Shown here: positions 1-9,400 of the stretch, one piece after another | Numbering within the stretch: position 1 is the first letter of the stretch | Layout of the letters: every line of letters starts with the position of its first letter | From: Allobaculum fili | GTDB taxonomy: Bacteria > Bacillota_I > Bacilli_A > Erysipelotrichales > Erysipelotrichaceae | Length of the DNA: 32,000 bases | NCBI RefSeq assembly: GCF_020969955.1 | Contig: NZ_JAHDSX010000001.1 | Span: 150,001 to 182,000, forward strand | Direction of reading: 5' to 3' | Position numbers and translations under genes: made by a program | Notes under the pieces: generated by a model | Told to the model about the DNA's origin: nothing | Database searches by the model: none | Seen by the model: only the letters and a program-made list of their open reading frames with translations

Positions 1-537
1 ATTGTGGATGGCTTCTGCATCTGCCATCCAGATTTCAAAGAGACGCGCCGCGGTACGCATCTCTTTGCCGTTTGGTGTGCAGCACAGAGCAAGGCAGATC
101 AGAATTTCGCAGCTTTGCGATTCGAGTTCATACGAGGTGAGTGAAAAATCCTTCAGAGCGATGACCAGCGTATCCATCAGCTCGAGTGCGGAATACTCCT
201 CCTCAGGGGCAGCCAGACGGGAAAACTGGGTGCTGAGTTTTTGAAACGAGGTGAGAAATGCCTGCGGATTTTGGAAATGCAGACAAATGGACGCAAATTC
301 TTTTTCCAGTACACGCCAGGTGTTCCAGAACTCGGCGGCATCTTTGTCCTTAAGATCAAACGGTCCGCACGTCAGACTCTCCATCCATTTCAGTCCGTCT
401 TCGCAGAACTGACGGGCTTTTTCATACTCCTCCAAAGCAGAACAGGCACGGGCGGCCAGAGAAAAGGAATCGGGCCAGCTGCACTGGCTGTTTAGCGGCA
501 GACCAAGAGAAGACGCGGTTTTACCGTGTTTGATGGA
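1..537 (-). CDS. Partial ORF of 179 codons that runs off the left edge and encodes helical TPR-like sequence. It is in frame with the 984-aa ORF upstream and separated from it only by TAG 538-540. The start is unresolved.
   Basis: My manual translation of the minus strand gives SIKHGKTASSLGLPLNSQCSWPDSFSLAARACSALEEYEKARQFCEDGLKWMES...RLFEIWMADAEAIHN with no stop over 179 codons. The first in-frame ATG is at 384 and an in-frame TTG lies further upstream; neither has a convincing RBS. The ORF track omits it, probably because it has no stop inside the window. Confidence 0.5.
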
Positions 538-3492
538 CTATAAGGCGTGGGCACAGGCCTGCGAATGATTTTCCTGCTGCAGATAAAGGCTTGCTATTTC
601 ATGATGAATCAAAGACAGTTTGTCTTCCTTCAGGGGATGGAGAGTTTCCGGATCAAAGCGCATCCAGATGTTCAGAGCTTCTTTCCAGGCAATAAGACTG
701 TCTTCCGGACGGCTGAAATAATCGATTCGCGCAAGATCCATCCAGCTTTCTGCATAGTTTCTGTACGTGGTTTCATCCGGGTGGATCTGGATGGCCTGCG
801 CATGCAGATCGATCAGGAGCTGAAACACAGACCGTCGAAGCGCTTCATTTTTGGAATCCCATACGGCATCTCGCAGCAGATTCGTCATGTCCAGCCAGTC
901 TTCGAGCTGCGCGGGGAATAAATCCGTATGGGAGAGGTACTTCACGGCGCTTTGGCAGGCTTCCTCCATCGCCTGATCCGCTTTTTGGGGCGCACCGGCT
1001 TCCAGATAGCACAGCGCCAGATGGGCCAGAAGCGCCGTCGGATGGTGTCCCGGATAGTTTGCAATTTCCTGTTCAGAATGAATGCGGGTCAGACTGACCC
1101 CTGTTTCCAGACTTCGGCAGGCGGCGTCGCAGTCTTCGAGCTTTTTAAGAATCCGTCGGGCGGCATCCCACAGCACTTCCTCAAATTGAACTGGAATACC
1201 GCTTTCCAGAAGCGAAGCAGGAAGAGACTGCGCTCGACTGGCGCCAATATGATCCAGAGCCAGATCGATCCAGGAGAGCGCGGTGTACAGCTTTCCCCGC
1301 TCTTCATAAAACTGAGCGGCATTGTACATATCCACCGCATTTTTCGGGATTCGAAGCGGCTTCCTCTCTTCTTTGATCTGTCCGTTTTTTACGGAATACT
1401 TCGGCCCGGTTAGTTTCTGAAGATGATTTAAAGCCCTCTGATAGCAGTGATCGGCCGAAAGCCAGTCGTTATTTTGTTCGCTGATCTCTGCACGGCAGAA
1501 CAGGCAGGCGATCATCTCCTTTCTGGCTTCCTGGGATTCCTTGAGCCGGACAAGAAGAGAATGCATAGCTGCATCCACGCATTTTATGGCTTCATCCGTC
1601 CGGTTCAGTTTACGGTACGCCTCGGCCATGGTTCTGCGAACAGCGGCCTGCAGAATATCCTGCTCCAGAGTAACTGCATCCGCTTCGAGAAAGCGCGAAT
1701 ACGTTTCGATGCAAAGACGGTACTGACCGGCCGCATATTCCTGGTCTGCCTGATTTAACAGCCTCTGATTTTCGATGGAACGCGCCTGCGTCTGAGAAAG
1801 AAAGCCGCTTTTGTCCGCCAGTTTCTCCATCTGCTTGCAAAGCTCGCTTTCTTTTCTGAAGTCCTGCTGTTCCTGGGCCAGCCGGACTTCCAGCTCCAGA
1901 ATCTGGTATTTCCAGCCGCAGGCAAGATCGGTCAGTTCCCTGGGAACCTTTTTCATCCAGCTCCAGAACTGCGCAATCGTCTTTTTTGCATCCTCTGGAC
2001 GGCTGTCGTTGATCTGAAGATTGGCAAGATAAAAAAAGCTGAAAAGAACGGTCGATAAAAGCGCCTCGTTGATCCCCTTCAGGGGACTGGCCATCTGAAT
2101 CAGATCGTCCAGGACAAGCATCGCGCCTTCCTTCTGGCCGGCATGAAGGCAGCAGTTTGCCATGGACGCATAAAAAAGGATTTTGAACGGAGTACTGTCG
2201 TATGGGCTGAGATCGTACGGAATATCTTCCAGGAGAAGAAGAATCGGATGCAGCACGCTGGCACACGTCGTGTTGAGTTCTTCAAACCAGCCCAGACGGG
2301 TCAGCGTGTTCAGATAGCGGATTGTGATGTCAAGCAGACGCTCAATCGTTTCCGTGGAGGGCTGGTCTTTGAAGGATTGGATCGTCTTTGCAAAATAACG
2401 TTTTAAAAACTCAACGCCTTTGCGCGGATCGACCGGAACGCCGTCTCCGTACAGGTAAATATCGGAAAGAACGAGAAGCGCCTGGTCTACTCCCTTTTCG
2501 GCCGCCTGATTCAGAAGCGGAATGGCGCGAGCGGGATTGCGTTTCGTGTCGACGCCTCTCAGATAGGCAAGGCCCAGATAGAAAAGCTTCTGGGGATTCT
2601 GCGGTTCTTGGCTCTGTGTTTTCGGATTTTCGAAAAGGGACTGTAAAGATTCACGAAGATCATCCGACTGGAGGGAAAAAACCGGCGGAAAGCCGGCATA
2701 CAGCAGCTTCAGGACATCTGTATTCGCTGGTTCCATCTGGACAGGAATGATTTTTTTGCGGTACTGGACGGCAGCCGGATATTCATATTCGCTTATATAA
2801 TTTTTTTCTTCGAGTTTTGGCGTTACGAGCAGCGTGATCAGCTCGCTTCGTTTCATCTGATCGAAAATCTGCTGGCTGAAATCTTCTCCCGGCATCAGAA
2901 AGTCGTCGTACCAGACCCCGACATCCCATGTGCATTCCAGAGACTGAACGAAATCCAGAAAATCCTGCGCATAAGCCCAGTCTTTCTTACGGTAGCTGAC
3001 AAAAATATACGAATGAAACGAGCTTCTTATTTTCTCGATCAGCGGGGGTTCCAGAATCACGGACTGAAGATATGACCGCATACGGCTTTCAAAATTCTGT
3101 CGTTTCAGAAAATCCGGCTGAAAATCCAGATACTGAAGATCTCCGAACAGCTGGGAATAGGCAGACAGATCGATACTGTCCAGAAGGATGGGAAGAAGAA
3201 GAACTTTACTTTCGCGCAGCGCCCAGATCAGTTTAAGCGTATTTTCCTGTTCAGAGCGAAGCAGTCGGGAAGAAACCGCAATGACGGCCAGCGTGAATTC
3301 CTGCAGCAGGCGCAGATCCTCTTCACTCCAGAGGGCATTTTCTGGATCCGGCGCAAGAATCAGGCAGTTGACCTGGTCGCGGATGGTTTGAATAATCTGT
3401 GAATCTGTCGAACGATCCCCTGAGGGGATAAACAGAACTTTGCTGAGTCCGCTTTCCTGAACGGTATTTTCTGGATAATATTTGAATTTCAT
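538..3492 (-). CDS. TIR-domain protein with Sel1-like repeats and a long TPR-like helical array (984 aa)
   Basis: RBS GGAAAGGAGA lies 4 nt before ATG 3492. Residues 161-275 (nt 2668-3012) carry bacterial TIR hallmarks: YIFVSYRKKD, VGVWYDD, PGEDFSQQIFDQMKRSELITLLVTP and ISEYEYPAAV (candidate catalytic Glu). Residues ~301-365 hold two Sel1-like repeats (LFYLGLAYLRGVDTKRNPARAIPLLNQAAEKG; ALLVLSDIYLYGDGVPVDPRKGVEFLKR). Residues ~370-984 are helical-repeat (TPR-like). Residues 17-125 form an alpha/beta-looking region with no motifs I recognise. Confidence 0.8.
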   Translation of the reverse strand: MKFKYYPENTVQESGLSKVLFIPSGDRSTDSQIIQTIRDQVNCLILAPDPENALWSEEDLRLLQEFTLAVIAVSSRLLRSEQENTLKLIWALRESKVLLLPILLDSIDLSAYSQLFGDLQYLDFQPDFLKRQNFESRMRSYLQSVILEPPLIEKIRSSFHSYIFVSYRKKDWAYAQDFLDFVQSLECTWDVGVWYDDFLMPGEDFSQQIFDQMKRSELITLLVTPKLEEKNYISEYEYPAAVQYRKKIIPVQMEPANTDVLKLLYAGFPPVFSLQSDDLRESLQSLFENPKTQSQEPQNPQKLFYLGLAYLRGVDTKRNPARAIPLLNQAAEKGVDQALLVLSDIYLYGDGVPVDPRKGVEFLKRYFAKTIQSFKDQPSTETIERLLDITIRYLNTLTRLGWFEELNTTCASVLHPILLLLEDIPYDLSPYDSTPFKILFYASMANCCLHAGQKEGAMLVLDDLIQMASPLKGINEALLSTVLFSFFYLANLQINDSRPEDAKKTIAQFWSWMKKVPRELTDLACGWKYQILELEVRLAQEQQDFRKESELCKQMEKLADKSGFLSQTQARSIENQRLLNQADQEYAAGQYRLCIETYSRFLEADAVTLEQDILQAAVRRTMAEAYRKLNRTDEAIKCVDAAMHSLLVRLKESQEARKEMIACLFCRAEISEQNNDWLSADHCYQRALNHLQKLTGPKYSVKNGQIKEERKPLRIPKNAVDMYNAAQFYEERGKLYTALSWIDLALDHIGASRAQSLPASLLESGIPVQFEEVLWDAARRILKKLEDCDAACRSLETGVSLTRIHSEQEIANYPGHHPTALLAHLALCYLEAGAPQKADQAMEEACQSAVKYLSHTDLFPAQLEDWLDMTNLLRDAVWDSKNEALRRSVFQLLIDLHAQAIQIHPDETTYRNYAESWMDLARIDYFSRPEDSLIAWKEALNIWMRFDPETLHPLKEDKLSLIHHEIASLYLQQENHSQACAHAL

Positions 3493-3600
3493 GCCGTCTC
3501 CTTTCCATGTCTTTCGTCCGTGGGATTTCGTCCGTGCATTTCTTCTGCGTGCATGCGCAGGCAGAATCGGATGCAGAATACTTTTTTACTTTTCTTCTTT

Positions 3601-3646
3601 ATTTATACCTATCGTATCCAGCGATTTATACCTATCGTATCCAGCG
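3601..3646. repeat. Perfect 23-bp tandem duplication (atttatacctatcgtatccagcg x2) in the intergenic region upstream of the TIR gene
   Basis: Read directly: 3601-3623 and 3624-3646 are identical. On the minus strand each copy reads cgctggatacgataggtataaat and ends in a TATAAAT (-10-like) element. The repeat lies 109-154 nt upstream of ATG 3492. Confidence 0.9.
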
Positions 3647-3701
3647 GCTTTCTTTGCGGGGTGTGTATTTCCCAAAACGGCCAAATCGGACATTCGAACG
3701 T

Positions 3702-3744
3702 ATAAAAAGTCCGCCGGACGGTCTTTGACCATCGGGCGGACTTT
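3702..3744 (-). terminator. Intrinsic terminator downstream of the MATE gene
   Basis: Stem aagtccgcc (3707-3715) pairs with ggcggactt (3735-3743). On the minus strand the hairpin is followed by TTTTTATA. It lies about 65 nt after the stop at 3809. Confidence 0.6.
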
Positions 3745-3808
3745 AAACATCTTTCTAAGGAAGAAAAGATGAATTCCCATTAAAGAAACGGGAGTATTGG
3801 AATATGGA

Positions 3809-5260
3809 TCAGGCTTTCTTTTTCGACGGGGCGAACGAATGATGAAGGCGCCACAGGAAAAGCAGACCGCGCGCGTCGAGTTCCACGCCCATCGCAACCC
3901 AGGCACCGGCCAGTCCAAAGGAGCGGGAAAGCCAGGCGGCCAGCGGAATACGGATGCACCAGATGGAGAGGAAGTTGAGGCAGGCAGGCCAGATCGTATC
4001 GCCTTTTCCGCGCAAAATGCCGGAGCAGACGATGGAAGCGCCATAAAGCGGTTCCGCAAACGCTTCGAGCCGAAGCATGGAAGTTCCGAGTTCAATGACG
4101 GCTGGATCCGGGGTGAGAATGTTCATCAGCCACGGGGCAAAGACGAACATGACGACGCCCGAAAGAGCCATCATGCCCATGCCGATGCGTACGATGCGCC
4201 AGCTGATTTCCCGGGCCAGATCGTGCCGGTTGGCGCCGGTACACTGCCCGATGATGGCGGTTGCGGCGGATCCGCAGCCGTAGCCGGGCATGTAACAGAG
4301 ACTTTCCGCGGTGATCGCAAAGCTGTTGGCCGCAATGGAAACCGAACCGAGAGAAGAGACGATGCGGGTAAACATGACATAGGAAGAGCCGGAAATCAGC
4401 TGTTCCAGACTGATTGGAACGCCGATGCGTACGGCTTTGGAAAGGGAATGACGGGTAAAGTGAATCCGGCATTTCCCTTTGAGAAATTCGTTTTTAAACA
4501 GGACGCGCCACGTGAGAAACAGGGACGCGCACGCCATGGCGGCGCCGGTTCCTAAAGCGGATCCGGCTACGCCCAGATTCATCGCGAAGATGAACAGGTA
4601 GTTGAACAGGACGTCGAGCATGCACATGACAATTTGCGTCATGCCCGGCAGCCGGGTATCGCCGGCCGCCTGCAAGGTCGCGATCGCCCAGGTGTTTAAC
4701 AGAGAAAACGGCAGACACAGACAGAAAATGCCGAGATAGGCGCTCGCATCCGCCAGAATGGCGTCTTCGCCGCCCAGCCAGACGGGAACCATTCCTGAAA
4801 GGCCAAAGCCGATGCTGCCGATCAGAAACGCCACGCCTAAAATGACGAGCAGACCCTGCCGGCTGCAGTTGCGGGCTTCTTCATTGTTTCTTGCGCCGAT
4901 CGCCTGCGCGGTCTGCACCGAAAAGCCGTAGACGGAGCCGGAACAGATGCCGTTGATCAGCCAGGTGCTCGAAGAGACCAGACCGATGGACGCGCCGGCC
5001 TGTACCCCGAGATGGCCGACCATCGAGGCGTCGATCATCTGCATGATGGTGACGGAAACCTGCGCCAGAATGGCAGGCCAGGAAAGCGATAAAATGAGTT
5101 TTCGCTGCATGGAGGCGTTGAGCGGTTTGTCCGCGCGCAGTGCGGATAATAATTGAGAGGAGTCTGTCATATCCGCTATTATCCATCGAATTGTTCCGGA
5201 ATGCCTGACCAAAGAAAACGTTCTGCCAAGTCTGTTCGAGAAATTTACTATCCTTTCCAT
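3809..5260 (-). CDS. MATE family multidrug/toxic-compound efflux transporter
   Basis: Polytopic hydrophobic profile. The N-terminal region LILSLSWPAILAQVSVTIMQMIDASMVGHLG is typical of MATE (NorM/DinF-type) proteins. The start is ambiguous: ATG 5260 has GAGGAG only 3 nt upstream, and ATG 5170 (MTDSSQLL...) is the alternative. Confidence 0.8.
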   Translation of the reverse strand: MERIVNFSNRLGRTFSLVRHSGTIRWIIADMTDSSQLLSALRADKPLNASMQRKLILSLSWPAILAQVSVTIMQMIDASMVGHLGVQAGASIGLVSSSTWLINGICSGSVYGFSVQTAQAIGARNNEEARNCSRQGLLVILGVAFLIGSIGFGLSGMVPVWLGGEDAILADASAYLGIFCLCLPFSLLNTWAIATLQAAGDTRLPGMTQIVMCMLDVLFNYLFIFAMNLGVAGSALGTGAAMACASLFLTWRVLFKNEFLKGKCRIHFTRHSLSKAVRIGVPISLEQLISGSSYVMFTRIVSSLGSVSIAANSFAITAESLCYMPGYGCGSAATAIIGQCTGANRHDLAREISWRIVRIGMGMMALSGVVMFVFAPWLMNILTPDPAVIELGTSMLRLEAFAEPLYGASIVCSGILRGKGDTIWPACLNFLSIWCIRIPLAAWLSRSFGLAGAWVAMGVELDARGLLFLWRLHHSFAPSKKKA

Positions 5261-5438
5261 TTTCTCCTCGGGTTCTGCTTTTTCCTTTTGATGAGATATG
5301 GCTTTTTATCCGCGGGAGAAACGAACCGGCAGATCCGCAAACGCGCCGTTTCAAAGCGGACTCGAATGTGGCTTTTCAGATTCGCCATCCTGAATTGGAA
5401 TTTGTCATCCGGAAAAAGGAAAAAGAAAGGAGGATGTC

Positions 5439-6317
5439 ATGATTGTTTCCGCAAGCTGCCGAACCGATATTCCCGCGTTTTACACGCCCTGGCTGCTCAA
5501 CCGCCTGGAGGAGGGCTTTGTGGACGTGCGCAATCCGTTTTATCCCAAACGGGTTTCGCGCATTTACTTTGAAGACGCGGATGCCTGGATGTTCTGTACG
5601 AAAAATCCGCTGCCGCTTATTCCGTATCTGGACCGGTTCAAGCAGCCGATCTTAATGGATGTGACGATTACGCCGTATAAAAAGGATCTGGAACCGGCGG
5701 TACCCGATAAAACGAAAATTATTGAAGCGGTCCGCTTCATGGGCGAAAAGCTGGGAAAGGATCATGTGTCGGTTCGCTACGATCCGATTTTGCTGAATCC
5801 AACGTATACGGTGGACTATCACATTCGGGCTTTTGAGCGGCTCTGTTCTCTGCTCGAAGGCGCGGTGGAGACGATTTCCATTTCCTTTCTCGACGACTAC
5901 AAAAACGTCCGCCGTCATGCCGGCGAACTGAATGCGCACGAACCGAGTGAAGCCGAATTAAAAGCTATTGGCGAAGCGTTCGCAAAATGCGCTGCGGATC
6001 ATGGCATTCCCGTTTTCACCTGCAACGAAAAGCAGATTCTAGCCCCGTTCGGCGTGCCTTCCGGCGCCTGCTTTCCTATGGAACTCGCGCTGGCCTGGAC
6101 CGGCCGCAAGTTTCGAAAGTGGAAAGCGCGCGACTGCGGCTGCGTCGAAATGGCGGATCTTGGCGTCTACAACACGTGTGCGCACCTTTGCCGCTACTGC
6201 TATGCCAACTTTGATGAAAAGCAGATCGCCCAAAACCGGCGTCTTCATGATCCCAGTTCGACGATGCTGGTGGGACATCTGGAAGCCGACGATGAAATCA
6301 TTCGCCGCAAACGATAA
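5439..6317 (+). CDS. DUF1848-family protein with a C-terminal CX3CX2C cysteine triad (292 aa)
   Basis: RBS AAAGGAGG lies 5 nt before ATG 5439. The segments IVSASCRTDIPAFYTPW, VRYDPI, DCGCVEMADLGVYNTCAHLCRYCYAN match my memory of the DUF1848 consensus. Cysteines C247-x3-C251-x2-C254 are at nt 6177-6200. Confidence 0.75.
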   Translation: MIVSASCRTDIPAFYTPWLLNRLEEGFVDVRNPFYPKRVSRIYFEDADAWMFCTKNPLPLIPYLDRFKQPILMDVTITPYKKDLEPAVPDKTKIIEAVRFMGEKLGKDHVSVRYDPILLNPTYTVDYHIRAFERLCSLLEGAVETISISFLDDYKNVRRHAGELNAHEPSEAELKAIGEAFAKCAADHGIPVFTCNEKQILAPFGVPSGACFPMELALAWTGRKFRKWKARDCGCVEMADLGVYNTCAHLCRYCYANFDEKQIAQNRRLHDPSSTMLVGHLEADDEIIRRKR

Positions 6318-6349
6318 ACTGCACGTAAAATTAAACCAGATCGAATCCA

Positions 6350-6372
6350 AATCGGATTTTCGAAATCCGATT
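6350..6372 (+). other. Intercistronic AT-rich hairpin without a U-tract, between the DUF1848 and helicase genes
   Basis: aatcggattt (6350-6359) pairs perfectly with aaatccgatt (6363-6372) across a 3-nt loop. It is followed by ccggtcgatcc, so it is not a canonical terminator. Confidence 0.4.
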
Positions 6373-6412
6373 CCGGTCGATCCTTAGCCAGACCGGCGGA
6401 AAGGAGAGAAGC

Positions 6413-9400
6413 ATGTCATCCAGCCCACTTTTTGAACAGGCACTCGACGAACTCGAACGTCTTCAGAAACTGTTAGAAGACCATCATCTGCCTTCTCAGA
6501 TTGCCGCCGACCTGCAGCTTGAGATTGACCAGAGAACAAAACGCCGCAAGGATGCAGCTGCTGTTTCTTCCAGAACGCCGGAGCGTACGCGGCGAGCCGC
6601 CGCTCCGGAACCGCCTCAAACGCATCCGACGCGGCCAGTTTCCCCAAAACCACAATCGGAAGAAGCGTTTTTCGCCCAGCGTGAACCGCAGCCGCCGGTC
6701 CACAATGAACAGGCTGTTGAGCACAAACGGGCTGCTTTTCAGCCCCGGGCGGAATTTTCAAAGCCGTCCGATTCGCAGACACAGTCGGAGACGGCTGCTT
6801 CCAGATCCGATGAGCCGGTCGAATCGCCCGTAAAACGAGGAAAACCTTCCGTTTCTTCCCCTTCCGCTTCACCGAAAAATCCGCTGGCGTATGCGGATCT
6901 GCTTGGCATCGCGTTTCCTTCCAATGGAGAAACGTATTTTGTCCGTTCCCAGAAAGGCTTCTTTTATCAGCCCTGTCCGATCCGTCTGCGGCCGGGCTGC
7001 CCGTACTTTCAGAAAAACGCCAAGCCGGAATGCAAAACCTGTACCGTTCGGCCCGCTATTTCGCTTGGACGAAGAGAAGTGCTCAATCATCTTCACGGAC
7101 AAAGTGAAATCGGGCTTTCGCCGTTAAGCCAGGATGGTCACATTGCCTACGCCTGTATCACGATCGAAAGCGGCCAGGGGCAGAAGGCTGCGCTTGAAGT
7201 TCAGAGGGCAGCTAAAGCGATTGGACTCGATGTTCTTTGCGAAGAACGCAAGGAAGACGGTGTTTTGTCGTGGCGCATCTGGTTTTTACTCGCGATGCCG
7301 GTGGACGCCTCCCGGGTTTCCCGCTTTTTGCGCGCGTTTCTGATCAACGGGTTTGCCAAAGGTGAGCTCAGGGATCTGCGCTTTCTCGATCAGACGTTCC
7401 CGCGTATTTTTGTCAAGGAACAGCCCAAGGAGCGGGGAATGGCGTTGCCGCTTCCGCTGTTTGGCTGGCTCGATGAAGCGCTGCGAAAACAGGGAAGAGA
7501 CGCCGATCGGTATTCCATTCTGATCGATGAAAAAGGCGAAGAAATTGCCGATCCGTTTGCGCAGATACAGTCGATTACCCGTGTGGAACCGGCCCAGATG
7601 GAGGCGCAGATTCGCGAATGCACCTCGCGCAAGCGGGAAGAACTGTTTGCGGGCGATCCGAAAAGCGAGCCGGACACGATGGAGTCCATGCGCCTGATCG
7701 CCGCGGACGACGATCCGTTTGTATTTGCGCCTTTGCAGGAATCCGGCGTGATCGAAGTGATCGAAAAAGGACGGATCTGGGTGTGCGCGGATGCGCTGCC
7801 CGCTTCTGTACAAAATCAGATTCTGGCGATGGGCAGCTACTGGAATCCGGCGTATCGCTCGCAGAAAAACAAGTTTGCGACCGGACCGCGCATCGTTTCG
7901 CTGGCTAGACGCGAAGCGCATGGACCGCAATCCGGTTCACAAAATGCCGATTCTGAAAATACTGAAAACAAAAACAATACGGGACTGGGCACGCGCTGGA
8001 TTTCGCTGCCCCGTCATTTAAAAGCGCCGCTTCTTTATCGGCTTTCTCAGGCTGGAGCGACAGTGGATCTGCAGGACTGGGAAAGCGAAGGGCAGTCGGT
8101 TCCGATGGAATTTAACGGCGAACTTCGTCCGGAACAGGTGTCGCTGGCTTCCGCTCTGTATCAGAAAGGGAGCGGCATTCTGGAAGCGGCAACGGGGACC
8201 GGAAAAACGGTCATCGGCGCAGCGCTGATCGCGCAGATTTCGAGAAGCACGCTGATTCTGGTCAATTCCAAGGAAATCTTGCAGGGCTGGGTCAGTTCGC
8301 TGAACCGCTTCCTGCATTTTTCCAGTCCGGAATGGGAAAACTGGAAGGCGCCTTCGAAAAACTATCCAGGAAAAATCGGGGTGCTGCAGGGCGCTACGCG
8401 TTCGCTTTCTGGGCGCGTGGATGTGGCCATGGTGCCTTCGCTGGTCCAGAAGGAAAATCTCGAAGAACTGCTTTCCGGCTATGGCGTCGTCTTTGTGGAT
8501 GAATGCCATCATGCCGGCTCGCCGTCCTATCAGAAAGTACTCGACGCGCTGCAGGCCAAACGCGTATACGGTCTGAGCGCGACGCCAAAGCGGACTGACG
8601 GCCTTTCGACAAGCATGTTCTGGCAACTGGGTGAAATCGCGGCTTCGTTCAGTTCGAAAGATCAGATGGCCAGTCAGACGTTCCACCGTCTGATCTGTCC
8701 GCGCTTGACACCCTTTGCGGGAAGCGACGCGGAAAACAATGACTTTACCCGTCTGGTGCAGGAAGCGGCTTCGCATCCGCTGCGCAATGAAATGATCGTG
8801 CAGGATATCCGCGAAGCGCTCGATAACGGGCGAACCGTTCTGGTGCTGACGCGCTTTATTGAACATGCCCATACGCTCGCTCGTCTGCTGGCCCCCGGAG
8901 ACGATACCGAACTGTTCGTCTACGCGGGTGATCCCAAACGCAAGCAGGAAAATACAAGACGCCTGCGCGAACTCGAAGATCCCAAAGTACGAAAAGATAA
9001 GAAAGTCGTGCTGATCGGCACGTATGCGAGCATCAGTGAAGGCTTTGACTTTCCGCTGCTCGATACACTCATGCTTGCGCTGCCGATTCGTTCGCAGATC
9101 ACCATTTCACAGTCGATCGGTCGAATTCACCGCCAGACGCGAAACAAGCAGATTGCCATCGTCTACGACTATGCCGACGTGCAGAACCGCATGCTGGAAA
9201 GCATGTATCAGGCAAGACTGAAAGAGTACGTCAATCAGGGCTATCAGATCGGCGAAGTACTCGATGAGCGAAAAGGCACGTCTTCGGGAAAGGTGTACCG
9301 GACAGAAGACTACATTTCAGCCTGTGTGCGCGATATCCGCCAGGCGAAAAAACGGGTGGCGCTCTGTATGCGCGCCTTTGAGGATGAGCAGCTGCAGACG

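Noticed and set aside
8018-8872. A 284-aa minus-strand ORF inside the helicase gene. Similar shadow ORFs are at 3797-4555(+), 7286-7930(-), 15062-16050(-), 18884-19735(+) and 29137-30042(-).
   Set aside because: All lie entirely antisense to, or out of frame within, genes that have strong family motifs. They show Arg-rich composition and lack RBSs.
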